This document shows positions 14,701-27,950 of a stretch of DNA of 64,000 nt, in pieces. The position numbers and the translations under genes are program-made. Source of the stretch: Lingula anatina (taxonomy: Eukaryota > Animalia > Brachiopoda). Within the stretch, counting starts at the first letter, position 1. Each line of letters opens with the position of its first letter. The stretch spans positions 18,786,001 to 18,850,000 of the forward strand of contig CM120640.1 of NCBI GenBank assembly GCA_051362555.1, in the 5' to 3' direction. A model generated the notes under the pieces. It was not told the origin of the DNA, did not search any database, and saw nothing but the letters and a program-made list of their open reading frames with translations.

Positions 14701-16119
14701 TCGCTTTCTCTCCCCCCCCCCTCCCCCCCGACCGAAAGAATACCCAGAGTAGCCGAGGGCTCGTCAGCCCAAAGTGACAAATACACAAGCATAGCTGTTC
14801 GTGTCGGTCTGATCTTTCCTAGGGGTCGACATGTTTTGTGTTAGTCCCAGTGGAGCAGAACGAAAGAACGCTACAAGAGGTTAATATCTTAAGAAGCCCA
14901 AGTTGGAAAAAGACCATGCTAGAGCTAAGTGAGGTTAATGCTATTTTCACGTCTCGAACGTCCCCCTAATTCGGTTTGTAAAGGAAAGCTGTTGGCTTCC
15001 GAGCATCTTTTGTACTTCTTATGACGTTTCCGTATGTTTGCGAGCCTTTTTATTGACCCAGGCTTAAAAAACAATAAATGATGCATGGGAATGGTCTTGC
15101 TTTGGGTAGCTAATGTGCGTAGGGCCGCTCATTATGGAATACAAGGTTCCAGAAATGGGTAGTGGAAGGGACACTAAAAGCCATGTTGTTAAAGTGATTC
15201 TTTAATTTCGCATTTTAGTCAATTGTTTTGTTCTTTTCCTTTAGCTTTTCATCCCGAGATAACAATTTGATGAAGTGACGCTCATTATTTGAACTTGTTG
15301 TTTTGCTGTGTTTACAGATGGGATTTTAACAGATGCACAGTCTGGCTGCTGTAGGTTGAGAGAAATCGGAAGGCCTTTTCCTTGCCGCAGTGAATATTTT
15401 TTTTCTTTTTTTAATTGTCAAGTGTGTTCTTTACGGCAACGTTTCTCTGTTTCTCCCGCCATGTGCGATGTATTACAATTTCCTTTCAAAGAAATAAATG
15501 ATACACTTACCTTAATAATCACTAAGAGCATTCAACACTTGATCTACCAGTTTCCACGTGTTTGGATGTGTTAAGTTCATCAGGCACCTTCCGGCAGAAG
15601 TGCACTTCTATTCAAACGTACGCTAACCACAAACTTGTCACATATTGGGCCTAAGGATTTGGGTGACAATGATGGCATCGTCCTTAGAACTTACACATCG
15701 TGTTGTATTTTACCGTATCGACTTCCAGAATTTTGACAAAGCATATAGAGCTGAAAGATAATTAGAAGGAGGAATCTGCGCCAGGAGAGATAGAAAGACC
15801 GCACAATTAGATCTTCTTCCCCTTCATTAGACCAAGCTAGCCAAACTAATTTCAATTTGCGGCCCTGGGTTTCAGTGTGAAATTCAATTTTGGAGTTTGA
15901 GTCGGTGGCTGACACTTTTTCCTAAATTGCTTTCGATTTTGAATGTCTCTTCCACAGTCGCTGCCAAAAGAAAGCGGACTTGGGTGTGATTGGCCTCGGA
16001 AACGTCCTCGTCTCTAGCTCGAAAGCTATGTCCCAACTTGTTGTGTCTCGTTTGATAATTTGTTGGAATCATTGATAGAAAAGAAACTTGAGTATCAACA
16101 AAAAATTTCAGAAAACCTC

Positions 16120-16178
16120 ATTCCGGAAGTAAATCGCAATTGCAACAAATTAAAAAAAATTATTCCGGAAGTAAATCG
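16120..16178. repeat. 17-bp direct repeat pair ATTCCGGAAGTAAATCG containing the ETS core CCGGAAGT
   Basis: Identical copies at 16120-16136 and 16162-16178, 42 bp apart. Confidence 0.7.
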
Positions 16179-19100
16179 AAACAAACACATAGAGAAAATA
16201 TGAGGTAATGATATTCTAACAGAAAAAAGATAGAACCAGTTACGCTGTAACCGATTATATTTATTGTGTGGGGTTAAAAAAACTATTGTTTCAGATCCAA
16301 ATTATCACTCCTATTTTCTAGTGGGCAACTGTTACAATATGCCATGGAATTTATACGTTTGGCAATTGGATAACTCAATGTAACGATTTATTCCATTTAT
16401 TATTGTGAGGGTCCTCAATCCTAATACTATTCTCGGCTACGGTGTCAATCTGATAACAGAATTAGACGACCCTCCGTCTGGTCGCTAATGAACAACTATC
16501 ACCAGGCAAATTGGATAGGAAAGAGACCTTATCGGATATTCTGCGCCATCGAAATTGTCTGGGAAAACGGTAGCGCAGCGTCTAAGAGATGCCAGCGAAT
16601 ATACTTCGGAGTTTTCGAAGTTAAAAAGCCATAGTTATATGTACAGCCCCTTTGTTCACATTTGTGTGCTTAACATTTGGAGGCGTTTCATATGTTTTTG
16701 ACATATCACTAATATGCAATGTGACGGTAATTTTGCTTTTGTCTTTTGAAACAAATTTAACAAGTGCGTCAGCTGGTACACGTACATAACAGATATCTTA
16801 GTATGAATTACAAATCATGAAATGGGATGGCTCATTGGAATTTTTATTATTTTTTTTCTTAAGCATTAATCATAATACTATTATTATTATAAAAGTTTGG
16901 AAATATTCAAGACAGCCCTCTATACCTCCTATCGGCAAAAATAGGTAGTACCTTTCCTGGTCAACATCAAAGGTTTTAAGTACCACGAAGAATTCATTAT
17001 TGACAGAGAAAAAATGTGGGGAAAATATGCGTATTTTTCTTTTTATTTTTTTAACAAAAAGCCAAAATTATTTTTCTTAACAGTCACAAACGGTTTTGTG
17101 TCTTTACCTACCGCAGTGCTAATCACCAAGTGGCGTTGGAGACTGCGAGTGTCCTAACCTCTCACAATCATACAATGCAGCGACTACCAATGAACGCACA
17201 GCCGCACCTAACATTTCCATTAATCCCTTGCTAATTCGCCATTGTTTTCACGAACTCTTTAACCTGCACCAAGTTTGTCTTCCTGTAAGCGGGGGAACAG
17301 AGAGAGATTACGCAGCACGGCGTAGTGTTATAAAAGACAGTACAGATAACATTGACAGAAGAACTGAGCGGTGAAATGCGTAATCATTCTGTCGTGAGGG
17401 TTTCTGAAGGCATCGCTGCCCTCTGTTATATTTGTCAGAATGGAATGCTAATCAACTCCGCTTTCATTTACATTGTAGCTGCGATGTAATTGGATTTCTT
17501 TTCTATCTGTCAATGAAAAGAATAATTTTAAGTGCACGTAATTGCAGAGGAGATAAAAACAGTTTGACATCAAATCATAGAAAAGAGCAGTGTCCGTTAT
17601 TTGGATTGCCCTCAAAAGCTGATTGATCACGAACAGTTTCGCAATGACATCCTGCAAAAAAAGCCATGTACTTTGTACAACGCCTTATGCATGACTAAAA
17701 GAAAAGGGCACTGAGATCGTCGCTTCTACGAAATAATAAGAATTATTAACCTAAAATCTATTTTTACTACCCATACGTTTAAAAGTATGCCTGAGTGCAT
17801 GGCCAAGATTCAATAGACGTTTCCTTAATCTTAAGTGCTAATAGTAAAGGAATCCCACTGAAAGCAATAAAAGAAATAAGAAGGATAATTGCTAAAACAA
17901 TGTAAAAATCAGTGCCAGGGTTGATTTTGAAGGCGATGCACGGAAGACACGTTTAAATGTTTCAAGGTTAGATATATATTTATACCTACATATGTAAGTT
18001 AAGCTGCTGTCGGAAGTCACTTAGGAATAAAACGTGACGACTCTCAATAGTCTAATTTTATGAACCTCTTATTTCCGCACGAAGTATCAAAATTACTTTA
18101 CTCATCGCAGAATTCATCGATTGGGCGTAAAAGACAAGTAACATTTTACGGAACTGGCATTAGATCAGCTGGCCAACGGACCAAGTGCCCATTGTTATTC
18201 TACCAAGTGTTCTTATACACCTAAATTATGCTGTAACAACTGACTGCTGGTCGCGATTTCGTTTACATTGTACGACTACTGAGAAAACAATAAACCGTCT
18301 CTGAATCGCTACCGTTAACATTGATTTTCGAGACCTTATTTACCGCCCTTCAATACCGCCTTAATTTCACACCAATGACCAGGAAGCGCTAAGCGAGCAG
18401 ATGGATCTATTAATTTAAATCAAATTGAATCGCCAAATAACACTTGCCTTAATATACAGAAAATTATTCTGCTTTCATCACAATTATTTGCACTGATTGG
18501 CCATTGAAGCCGCGGGGCTCGTAGGGGTGAAAGCTTCGGTGCTCACATTAAATGCGAACCTCAGAAACTCTCGCGGGAGCCTTCGAGGCTCTAGCATTTA
18601 ATTTCCGCTCTGGTTTCGCGGGGACTATGTATCCGGAGGGTCAGTTTCAAAGAATTCACGGAACTTACACTGCGCATAGCTCAAAGGTTTAATATCTTCA
18701 TTACATCTAATACGACAGTGAACAATTGAATATGCTCGAATCACTTTTCTATGTAAATAAATTCTCCGTCTTTAAACAATTGCACATCTTGGTGAACTCA
18801 TCGTGTACCGGTTACTCAAGTGTTTTCAGTACATTCATTAGATGACCACGATAATGAAATAAAGAAAATATCGGGAGGACGTCATTAATGTTAACAACAA
18901 GGCACCTAATTGCGGTTTGTCTCGTGTTCAATTGTCCTCTGAAGTCGTTTTAGTTTTATAAATGGACAAAACAATAAATAGCAATCATATTACATTGCAC
19001 AGGCTTGTACTGAAAGGCGTACGTGAAGACCTTGATAATGTCTCAATGTGTCTATTCAGAATATTTCTGCACTTCGTCACTCCTTTCTAAAATCTTTTAT

Positions 19101-21443
19101 GCTTTCCTTCGTTGCGCCTCTTTAAATATGTAGGCCTACTGTGGGGATCTCTAAATATTAGTATCTTATTCACCTATATGCTGTAAACAGCAGTTTTTTA
19201 ATTTTTTTTCCTGGAGATTCAAGACTGAAAATTATTTTCACACAACAGTCCAAATAAGACCAACTTCTCAGCATACAATCCATGCCGTATTTATTAACAA
19301 AAATAGTCAGACGTAAACAATTTATGTGATCCCTGAATTACAGGTAAACTACATGTTTAAAAAAATAACATTCACTTAAATGACAGCTATATAATCAGAC
19401 AATGGCAACTGTTTTTAAAAAAGTTCCATGAAGTTGTAATATAAGCCAGGTGTATCAGACGAATGTACTGTAACAAAAACACAATCATACTCTGGGTGTG
19501 AAAACGCATTCACAGGTGTTGCCTCATTGGTATACACGTACAGCAGGTCATCAGGGCAGTAATGAGATGAATCAGCCTCTGCTTTCAAATTCTCTTTTAT
19601 AACTATTCCAGGGTTTTAATAGACTCTATTAGACAATGAAAGATATAATGGTTAGAACAATAACGATGCGTAAGGTTAAGATCAATGACGATTCATTATA
19701 ACCATAGTGATAAAGTGTTATGTGTTGCTTTTAACTAAAAAGAAACTTTTCTTTAATTAAATTAGTTTGACATCAGTTTTAAGAACACTACGATGAAAAA
19801 GAAAGAAAAGAAAAAGGCACTTATAATATATATATTTTTTTCAATTTGCTTATAAATGCTGCATATCATTAAAGAGTAATTAAAGAGAGTGCTTGATTAT
19901 ATGACTCGGGGTGCGGGTGTGGTCTCAATATTCACCTGATCTATCATTGACTTAATCAAGTATGTGGAATGAGGCACGGGTTTCCAGCTGTTTTATAGTA
20001 ATCTACGCCTGCTCTAATCCCTGTCAAGCGTTTACCTGTAGTTCAAACTACAGCCTCCCGAACCTCTTGAACAGCGTGAGCCTTCCCATGAAAAGAGGCT
20101 CAAATATACACGGGTATCACAGCACATGCCCTCTCTGACGTCACAAGATAAACTCACACAAGCCTTAAATGGCGTTTGAGTGGGCCGAAGAGCAGTATAC
20201 AGGTACAGTGATTTAGTGCATGCGCAAGGAGAGTAAAATGTGTCCCGTGCGCAGTTTTTGAGTCTGGCACTGCAGCTGGGGGAGAGAGAAGCGCTCAATT
20301 ATGCTGATCCTCCTATAATACAGAAACTTAGAGCTCTGGTATGTATATCTACTGAATATTATTCAAAAATATTAATTGTGGTATGAACCCTGTATGGCAT
20401 ATATGTGATATCGTAGATAGAGAACAGTTTAATATTAAGATTTTCTCTCCGAGAGACGGCAACAGAATGAAGCTTTATATCTGTTGAATCACGGAAGGAT
20501 ATTTTTTTCGAGGGTGTAATATTATAGTGTAAAGTACATATAATCCCAACAGACAAGAGAATGTGTTTTTTTTTCCTTCGTGGAACCCCGTTAAGTTCAT
20601 ATCAGATCTCTTATTTATCTTCATTTTATAAATAATTCAATACAAAAGCTCAGGTGTAGTATTTCACATCTATTCTCATACAAACTTTTTTATCAAATGA
20701 TGTCGGGGATTGCCGCTACAAATATTCAACTTTACACATCATATTTAGTTCATCGGATTGAAAACGGCAAGCGAACTGGAATAAAAGGGAAGGTAATCTC
20801 AGTGTGGTAATATATTTGCTATGGCAGAACTTTACTAATATACCCTTTATATGCTATCCAAACAAGAGCGTATAACGTCCATTAAACTATATTTACTCAA
20901 GGTGCGTGTGTGTTTTGAGAAGCTTAAAGCTCAACTAATTATTGAATGCCCTTGACCCCATATACATTCCAACGGTGAAAGTTTGAAGTTTGTGAAAATG
21001 CAGTAGTCTTCCAAACGCCACTATTCAAGTCTGGTTGTGTCCATCAGCGGTGTTGCTTCTCTGCAAGCCTGACTTCAAAGCTGGAAAGTCTTGTAGAGGT
21101 GAGATTTCATGGTAGGCTTACCTTATATTTCAGAAGGGTGGAGAGATGTTAACTTAGGAACAATTGAGACTTTGTAAAACTGCCACTCCCACTTTTTAAA
21201 AGCTGCTTAATCGCAGTTCAGTTCTGTTATTACATATATAAACCATATGTATATGTACTTAAAAGTGACCACAATTGAATTCACGTGGGTATTCTGGAGT
21301 ACTTGCCCGTACATAAAACATGTTTTCCAGTTACAAGGCAGACGGTGAACTCTGGAAACCGAAATCTACGCAGCATTTCCTTATGTAGGGGGCCTATGTC
21401 TGCGCACCTGTCTGGCGATTGGACTATGGAAGCGTGTTAGGGT

Positions 21444-21670
21444 CACAACACCAACACCAAAAAGAAAGCTCACAACACCAACACCAAAAAGAAAGCTCAC
21501 AACACCAACACCAAAAAGAAGACTCACAACACCAACACCAAAAAGAAAGCTCACAACACCAACACCAAAAAGAAAGCTCACAACACCAACACCAAAAAGA
21601 AAACTCACAACACCAACACCAAAAACAAAGCTCACAACACCAACACTAAAAAGAAAACTCACAACACCAA
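21444..21670 (+). repeat. 27-bp minisatellite, about 8 copies (CACAACACCAACACCAAAAAGAAAGCT)
   Basis: Directly visible tandem array; it produces the 9-aa periodic ORFs in the ORF track. Confidence 0.95.
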
Positions 21671-22790
21671 ACAAAGAGCGTTTTAAACAAACCTGAGTAT
21701 CATGTAAACCGTATAATGTCTGCACTATATGACCACTCACACTTGACCCACTTCAATGGCCATTAAAGAATAATCAATCAATTGTCAAGCCTACACATAA
21801 AAGAGTAGAGGCAGTTCCAACCCTTCAAGATGTTAATTTTGTGTCTTACTTTTTAACACAATAAAGCTTAATTGAGATTTCGTATTCAGCTGTGCGGCTG
21901 TTGAGGCACAGTGTTTATAAAAATAAAGCTCGATCACCAGTAATGTAAGGTGTGGTCCTTGTAGAAATAATAACGTAACGTAGAACAAAGTAAGAGTCAA
22001 GTGTCAATTTCTGAATCTATTTCTACATATCAATCAATCCCAGCTACATTTGAGGATCGCCAATTATTCAAAAATCATGTTTTACTTATAGTTCTGTCGA
22101 AGAACGCTGATTATGTGATATTCAGGCATCAGCCTCAACTACAGAAGTTGATAAACATGACTTAAACGATTTAACATTCAGAAGTGAGGTACGTGTGACT
22201 TCTGGATGTTAAGCCCGAGAAGTGTCTCGAAGTTAATTAGCTTGCAATGGTTTAAGGTCCTTTGATTGAAGAACCATATATTCTAACATATTTTAGTTTA
22301 AAGGGAAAAACTAAAATAAGAAAGAAAATATAGTTACTTTGGTTGCTTTGGCAACAACAAGCACGGGGAGCATTTTAAACACAGAGGCTAGTAGCAATCT
22401 TGAGAATCATATGTATTATGTTTGCACCAGGTTACTATTCCAACTTGACCGACTTCAGTAGTCATTGAAGAACAATCAATCACTTGTCAAGGTTGCATAT
22501 TAAAGAGTAGTGGCAATTCCAACCCTTCTAGAGAAAATGGTCTATTTTAATCTTAATTAGATCATCTAAGATTTTTTCACAAAAGCAGGATAGACAGCCG
22601 TGCCAAGCAGTCGAAGTAACCATATTTTCTATCCTATTTTAGTTTTTACCTCTAAACTAAAATATGGGAGAAAATATGGTTGTTCAATCAAAGGGCCTTA
22701 AACTTCACAATTGATTGTTCTTTAATGGCCACTGAAGTGGGTCAAGTAGAGTGGTTATCTAATGCAGACATGATACTCGGGTTTGTTTAA

Positions 22791-23064
22791 AGTGAAGTTT
22801 GTTTTTGGTGTTGGTGTTGTGAGTTTTGTTTTTGGTGTTGGTGTTGTGAAGTTTGTTTTTGGTGTTGGTGTTGTGAGTTTTGTTTTTGGTGTTGGTGTTG
22901 TGAGCTTTGTTTTTGGTGTTGGTGTTGTGAGTTTTCTTTTTGGTGTTGGTGTTGTGAGCTTTCTTTTTGGTGTTGGTGTTGTGAGCTTTCTTTTTGGTGT
23001 TGGTGTTGTGAGCTTTGTTTTTGGTGTTGGTGTTGTGAAGTTTGTTTTTGGTGTTGGTGTTGTG
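22791..23064 (-). repeat. 27-bp minisatellite, about 10 copies, inverted relative to the 21444-21670 array
   Basis: Tandem TTTTTGGTGTTGGTGTTGTGAG units; 10 HNTNTK repeats appear in the minus-frame ORF. Confidence 0.95.
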
Positions 23065-26000
23065 ACCCTTACACGCTTCCATAGGACCTTAACTGTGACT
23101 ATAACAAAAAGATAACAGACTGAACAGAAACATCCCCCCTATACCTATTTAGAAAAAAGACACCCAAAATATATTTGGGAGTGATTTCTGGAAAGGAAGA
23201 ATTGTCGCTGGAATTAGTTTCTTCTAATGTACATGTAGTTAGCAACACAAATGCACAGAGAGAGAGAGAGAGAGAGGGGGATATATAGTGTTAAGGAAAA
23301 GGATATATCTCCTCAATACAGCATCGATTTCTAGTCATTATTTTACTAAAATACACGATAGTTTACGACCAATTTAGCTGTTTTGTAACAAACGAGGTGC
23401 ACTTTTTGGGATATCATTTCTAGTGAATAATTTGATATCGGTACCTGTTGGGCAAAATTTCTGGAATGAGCTTTTATAGAAAGACACGGATTGTATGCCA
23501 AGCAGTCGATCACACAATGGATTTTGGAATGCATATTTAAGAAAGCAAAGTTTATTTTAGCCAGTGAGGGCATCCTATTGCGAGAGGTGCTCAAGAGCGG
23601 GGATAGACAAGCAGGTAGGATTAAGATGAGAAAAAAATACTTCGCTGGCATATTGCTAGGCTATGGGAGAGTATGCATTAGTCGATTTGGCCACATAATA
23701 AAACCACTCTGAGATCGACCAAGTAACATCATTAAACCCACACTTATTGAAGTAATTCTGTAACTTATGAAAATGATTTCGAAATATTTCCCGGACTGGT
23801 AAAAACAAAATTGAACGTCTGTCCTATATTTGATGTCGAGAAGAATCACGCAGGGAGGGTATAGGTTTTGATTGACTTAAGAAAACAAAACTTTGGAGAG
23901 GTTGAAGGAGGTGTAAATACTGTAAGGCAGCAATATGGGTAATTTGCAGGGTTGTATGTACTGGGTAAGCAGTAATTGGATGGCCCAGACGAACACCTCT
24001 CTCCGAACGCAACAGATTGAGAACAGTGGGAAATTAAGCAAGCGCACGCGATGTCTGACATTTGCCTACAAATTTGTTGCAAATGCTGTTTCCTTCATGT
24101 TTATGTTTCGTCTGAAATTGAGCACTATTCTATGTCCTCACGAAGAGTGAGAAATACTCACAGGTTTTAGGATAGGAACTTAATGGGCCCCATATGTAAC
24201 GTTAAATTTTTGAAATAATATTCCTTCTGACTTAACGCATGCGGAATCACTCGCGAGCTCGTTTTTGCAAACGCCCACAGAGGACTTTTGGATTTTCATT
24301 CTGTATTAATTTAAAATAGGTGAGACGGATTGCATTGTAAGATCAAAGAAATAAATATATCCTCAGGTAGAAAATACAATCATTGCCAACTCTGAGTGCG
24401 ACAGGAAGGTGAGATAAGAATGTGTGAGATTTTCACATGAATCACTACAGTTGCATTGGTAATGTCGACTTCGACTGTTGAACTGCTGAATCAGCCTTCT
24501 GCCGTATTAACTAAACAAAGCAGTTACCGAAAGTATATTAGCAAACAGTTTGGAACTTAATACAATAGGGTATATATATACTGATACTGACCTTGATAAC
24601 TCTTATTTCATCGTTTTGGATCACCAATTTTAAGAGCAGCCACACTTTTATCAGAATTTTTAATGATTGACTGAAAACAAAATAATAGTTATAAGTAAAA
24701 ACTTAAACTTGTTCTCATTAATTCGTTGAATTTTTTAACAGAAATAATAATTAATATAACTAACTTTCTGCCCACTTATAATATGTTCTCTTAAGTTATA
24801 ATCTATTTCTCCGACTTTTTTGTAACATCAGTTGATAACAAAATTGTGAAAAAACAGCGCACAGGGAAAAATTTAAGGTACGCCTATTTTGATTTCAAGT
24901 CTTCACTTCGACGTCCTATCTATTTATACACTAAATTGTCTTGATATTTTAGCCAGGTTGATAATGAGTAAGACCTCTCCCCGTAAGACTAATTTAAAAA
25001 TAGTTCCACCTGAATGCGCTGACACCTGACTGGCAACCACCCCGGCTTATATATTTTCTTGGGATGAGTTAAAGTCAACAGGGCTGCCTCATGGTGAGAA
25101 TGAATGAAAAATTTCCAAACTAATTAGGTAGCAAATATCCGGCAAATATGAGCATGAAACTTATGCTGGTATATCAATAATTTATTCCTCTTTTATATAA
25201 ATGCTTATACCCGGTATATATGAGTTGATCTACTCACAAGGAAAATTATCACCTAGTAATAAGGGCGTTGCCCATTTTGACAGAAAAAATCAACAACGTC
25301 GATTTTCTTCATCTAATGTCAAAATAAGAGTAAGTTAGAGTTGGGTTTGATTATGGGATGAACCGTTAAAATGGGAAGGGTTCAGACAAAATGGGGACGA
25401 AAACTTAGGGAATAATTGAAATTCACACAGTGTAGGATACTGGCAATGCAGTTAAGATACCATGATCGATTTGATTCAAATCAGTGATATCAACATTCCA
25501 AATGATACAGAATACCTTTCGTCACCATCTTCAATTAACTTTGTAACTCTTGTGGCGCCAGCGATGAGGCAAAATCATTTAGGAGGTCTTGGCCTGTATA
25601 CCCTACCTGCCCAGGTAAAGTTCTGTTCTCAGAGTTCATGAAACGAATGTTGTTTTTGTAAGTTTAACATCTTTTGGTTGAACACAAGCAAAACACGGAA
25701 CATGTACAAAAGCATGGTTGGTATTTTCGGTGAAAGTTTAATTTTTGATAGCCCTTACGTGTCGTGCAGTCCTTTCAAGATGAAACATCGCCGTGCTTCG
25801 TCTTGAATGTTCCCCTTAGGTTCTTGGCATTTAGGATTTGTTTTTGTTCTTCTGAAATTGGCCCTGATTGGATGAAACTTGTCAGTTAGAATAAAATACT
25901 TTTTTGCCTAAAAGGTCATTAATCGAGTAGAAATTTACAGGTAGGATAAACTTCTCTATCAGACGATGTGGAAGATGATAGTTTCTCCTGACATTTTCAG

Positions 26001-27494
26001 AGCTATTAATACCATCCCTGAATTAAGGCTGTCTGGCCGGTGAGTTAGGTATTCGTTGGCAGGAATGACCCATACTTGACCAGTTTTGCATGTTCAGCCG
26101 TCCGTGTACATGAATTCCAAATTTAAAGCTTAAGCCTGACTGATTCAATACAAGAAGATAAGATGTTCCACTTCCATGAATTAATAAAAATGTTTTTAAA
26201 ATATAATTAGTTGTCCTCAAAGAAGAGTCTTTATTCTATGCACTAACAAATTCTTTCTGATAAAGAAAATTACATATTCTCGCTAATGTATACCATGTTT
26301 CACAAAATAGGTTATCTTAGCGAACAGGTGAACACTCATGCAGATACAGGTTGCGCACTTTATCATTAAAGGGGTACAAAACATATATTAGCACACTTAC
26401 ATTTGTGTACATGGTTTATGCCAGCGTGTATAACGCAACATTTCCTGGCCCAGCGACAGGTACTCATTCAAACGAATCTACATTACCATTTTTTTAGGAT
26501 CGACAGTTTACATAGCCCTAGCAATTCATTTTTTTCTACTAGTATTATCTATTCTCTATTTTCGTTATTCCTTGTTTTTTATTTGTCGAACATTATCATT
26601 ATATTTTTGAGTGAGTGATTTTAGGTGCATGGATACTATAGGATGTTTACTCCATGTTCTTGGATTCCTGCAATTTTTTCGGATGAAAAGTAAAGACGAT
26701 TAAGTGTGCACATCTTTATCTGATGTCTTTACAAAAAGAGCACACAAACAATGAAATGAGTTGTAAACAAAAACCTAACAAGAACAACATGTGGTGGGCG
26801 TATGATATATTGGTTTGACCTTGCTAGAGGTAATGATAAACCTGCATGATTATTAACATTGTTTTTGCTATGCACTTTTTATGCACAGGTGGGCGGTTGC
26901 GAAATCCTTATTTGCTGGCTCTGGTGGAAGACCGTATCATTGACACTGATATTCATTTGCTAATTCGTCACATACAGATAGTGATTTGTGAGCTTCTTTC
27001 TTATCAAAAGAAGGGGAAAATAATGGTTGGGCATGTCTGTTTTCCACATTCTAAGAAAGATGAATGGTTGAATGAAAAATTAATTTCAATAGAAGCAGAG
27101 TGAATTTTGAACGTGTATTGATAGCATAACATGCTTTTGCTGTCATAAACCTCCTTCCCCTTTCAATTCCTCAGGTGAAAGGTATTTGCACAGATGCCTT
27201 ACAGCCATGATCTTCTATTTTTCCGTCCCAAAATCATGCCAGGCAAGGGGCAATGTTAGATGCACGATGGCAGATTGTCTAAACTTCTGTAATATAAACA
27301 AGGAATACCAGATTCCAGCAGAATTCCAAACCAGCTACTCTGAAACGATTTTAGCAGAGAATCTGAGAAACGTTGAATTTGTGTGAAAGCTATCTATGTG
27401 TTTGGCTTCTGACTTTATGACAAATGTATAGAAATCCACACGTATCCACACAGGTAAATCTAAAAATATCAACGACCTTTCTGGAACCGTGTGT

Positions 27495-27655
27495 ATCTGT
27501 GACGTCATAGTGGAGGAGTTAATTATGCTGGTGATTCACGTCAGTGATTGGTCATCGTTAGATATGTGGCTCAGTATCTATATAGTTTCAGTCTCAACCT
27601 GCAGGGGTAAACATTTTCTCGGGTTCTCAGGTAGAACACAGCATTTTCAGCAGGT
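27495..27655 (+). promoter_or_regulatory. Candidate promoter and first non-coding exon of the TRIM gene
   Basis: Full CRE TGACGTCA at 27500-27507, a half-CRE CACGTCA, a reverse CCAAT (GATTGG) at ~27546, a TATA-like CTATATAG, an Inr-like TCAGTC and then donor-like CAG|GTAG and CAG|GTAC. Inference only. Confidence 0.35.
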
Positions 27656-27790
27656 ACGGTTTAGTTGAATTAGGGAAGTACGGAAAGAATGAAAACTAGG
27701 TTTTACAATGAATATAAAAGGACAAAAATCAAAATGAGATTTTGTCTGTTGGTAGTTAATTGTGACATGTGCTTGAAATTAAGACTTTTA

Positions 27791-27950
27791 TTTCAGGTAC
27801 ATGGTTATAATAATCGGTCTTTTGACGCCCTTTAACGTTCTATCTTTTAAGATTTTCATTTTAGGTATATGGTCATAATGGTCGGTCTTTTGACGCCCTT
27901 TAACGCTTTATCTTTTTCATTTCAGAGTCGTCAAAAAGGACGGCCATAAC
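27791..27950. repeat. ~70-bp tandem duplication plus a short inverted partial copy
   Basis: AGGTA.ATGGT.ATAAT..TCGGTCTTTTGACGCCCTTTAACG occurs twice, followed by CGTCAAAAAGGACGGCCATAACC, which is roughly complementary to it. Confidence 0.6.

Larger units (their letters stand above)
21421..23087. mobile_element. Foldback-like non-autonomous element: long imperfect inverted arms with internal minisatellites
   Basis: Left end CTATGGAAGCGTGTTAGGGTCAC matches the reverse complement of the right end, CTATGGAAGCGTGTAAGGGTCAC. Both arms continue through 27-bp arrays and then TTTAAACAAACC.GAGTATCATGT...ACTTGACCCACTTCA.TGGCCATTAAAGAA. An inner inverted pair lies at ~22250-22352 / ~22603-22702. There is no transposase ORF and no clear target-site duplication. 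Confidence 0.6.

Noticed and set aside
21381-23115. ORFs with GVGVVSFLF, QHQHQKESS and HNTNTKNK repeats; the array also looks superficially CRISPR-like
   Set aside because: These are translations of a stop-free 27-bp minisatellite, open in several frames on both strands. The units are contiguous with no unique spacers, there are no cas genes, and the DNA is eukaryotic.
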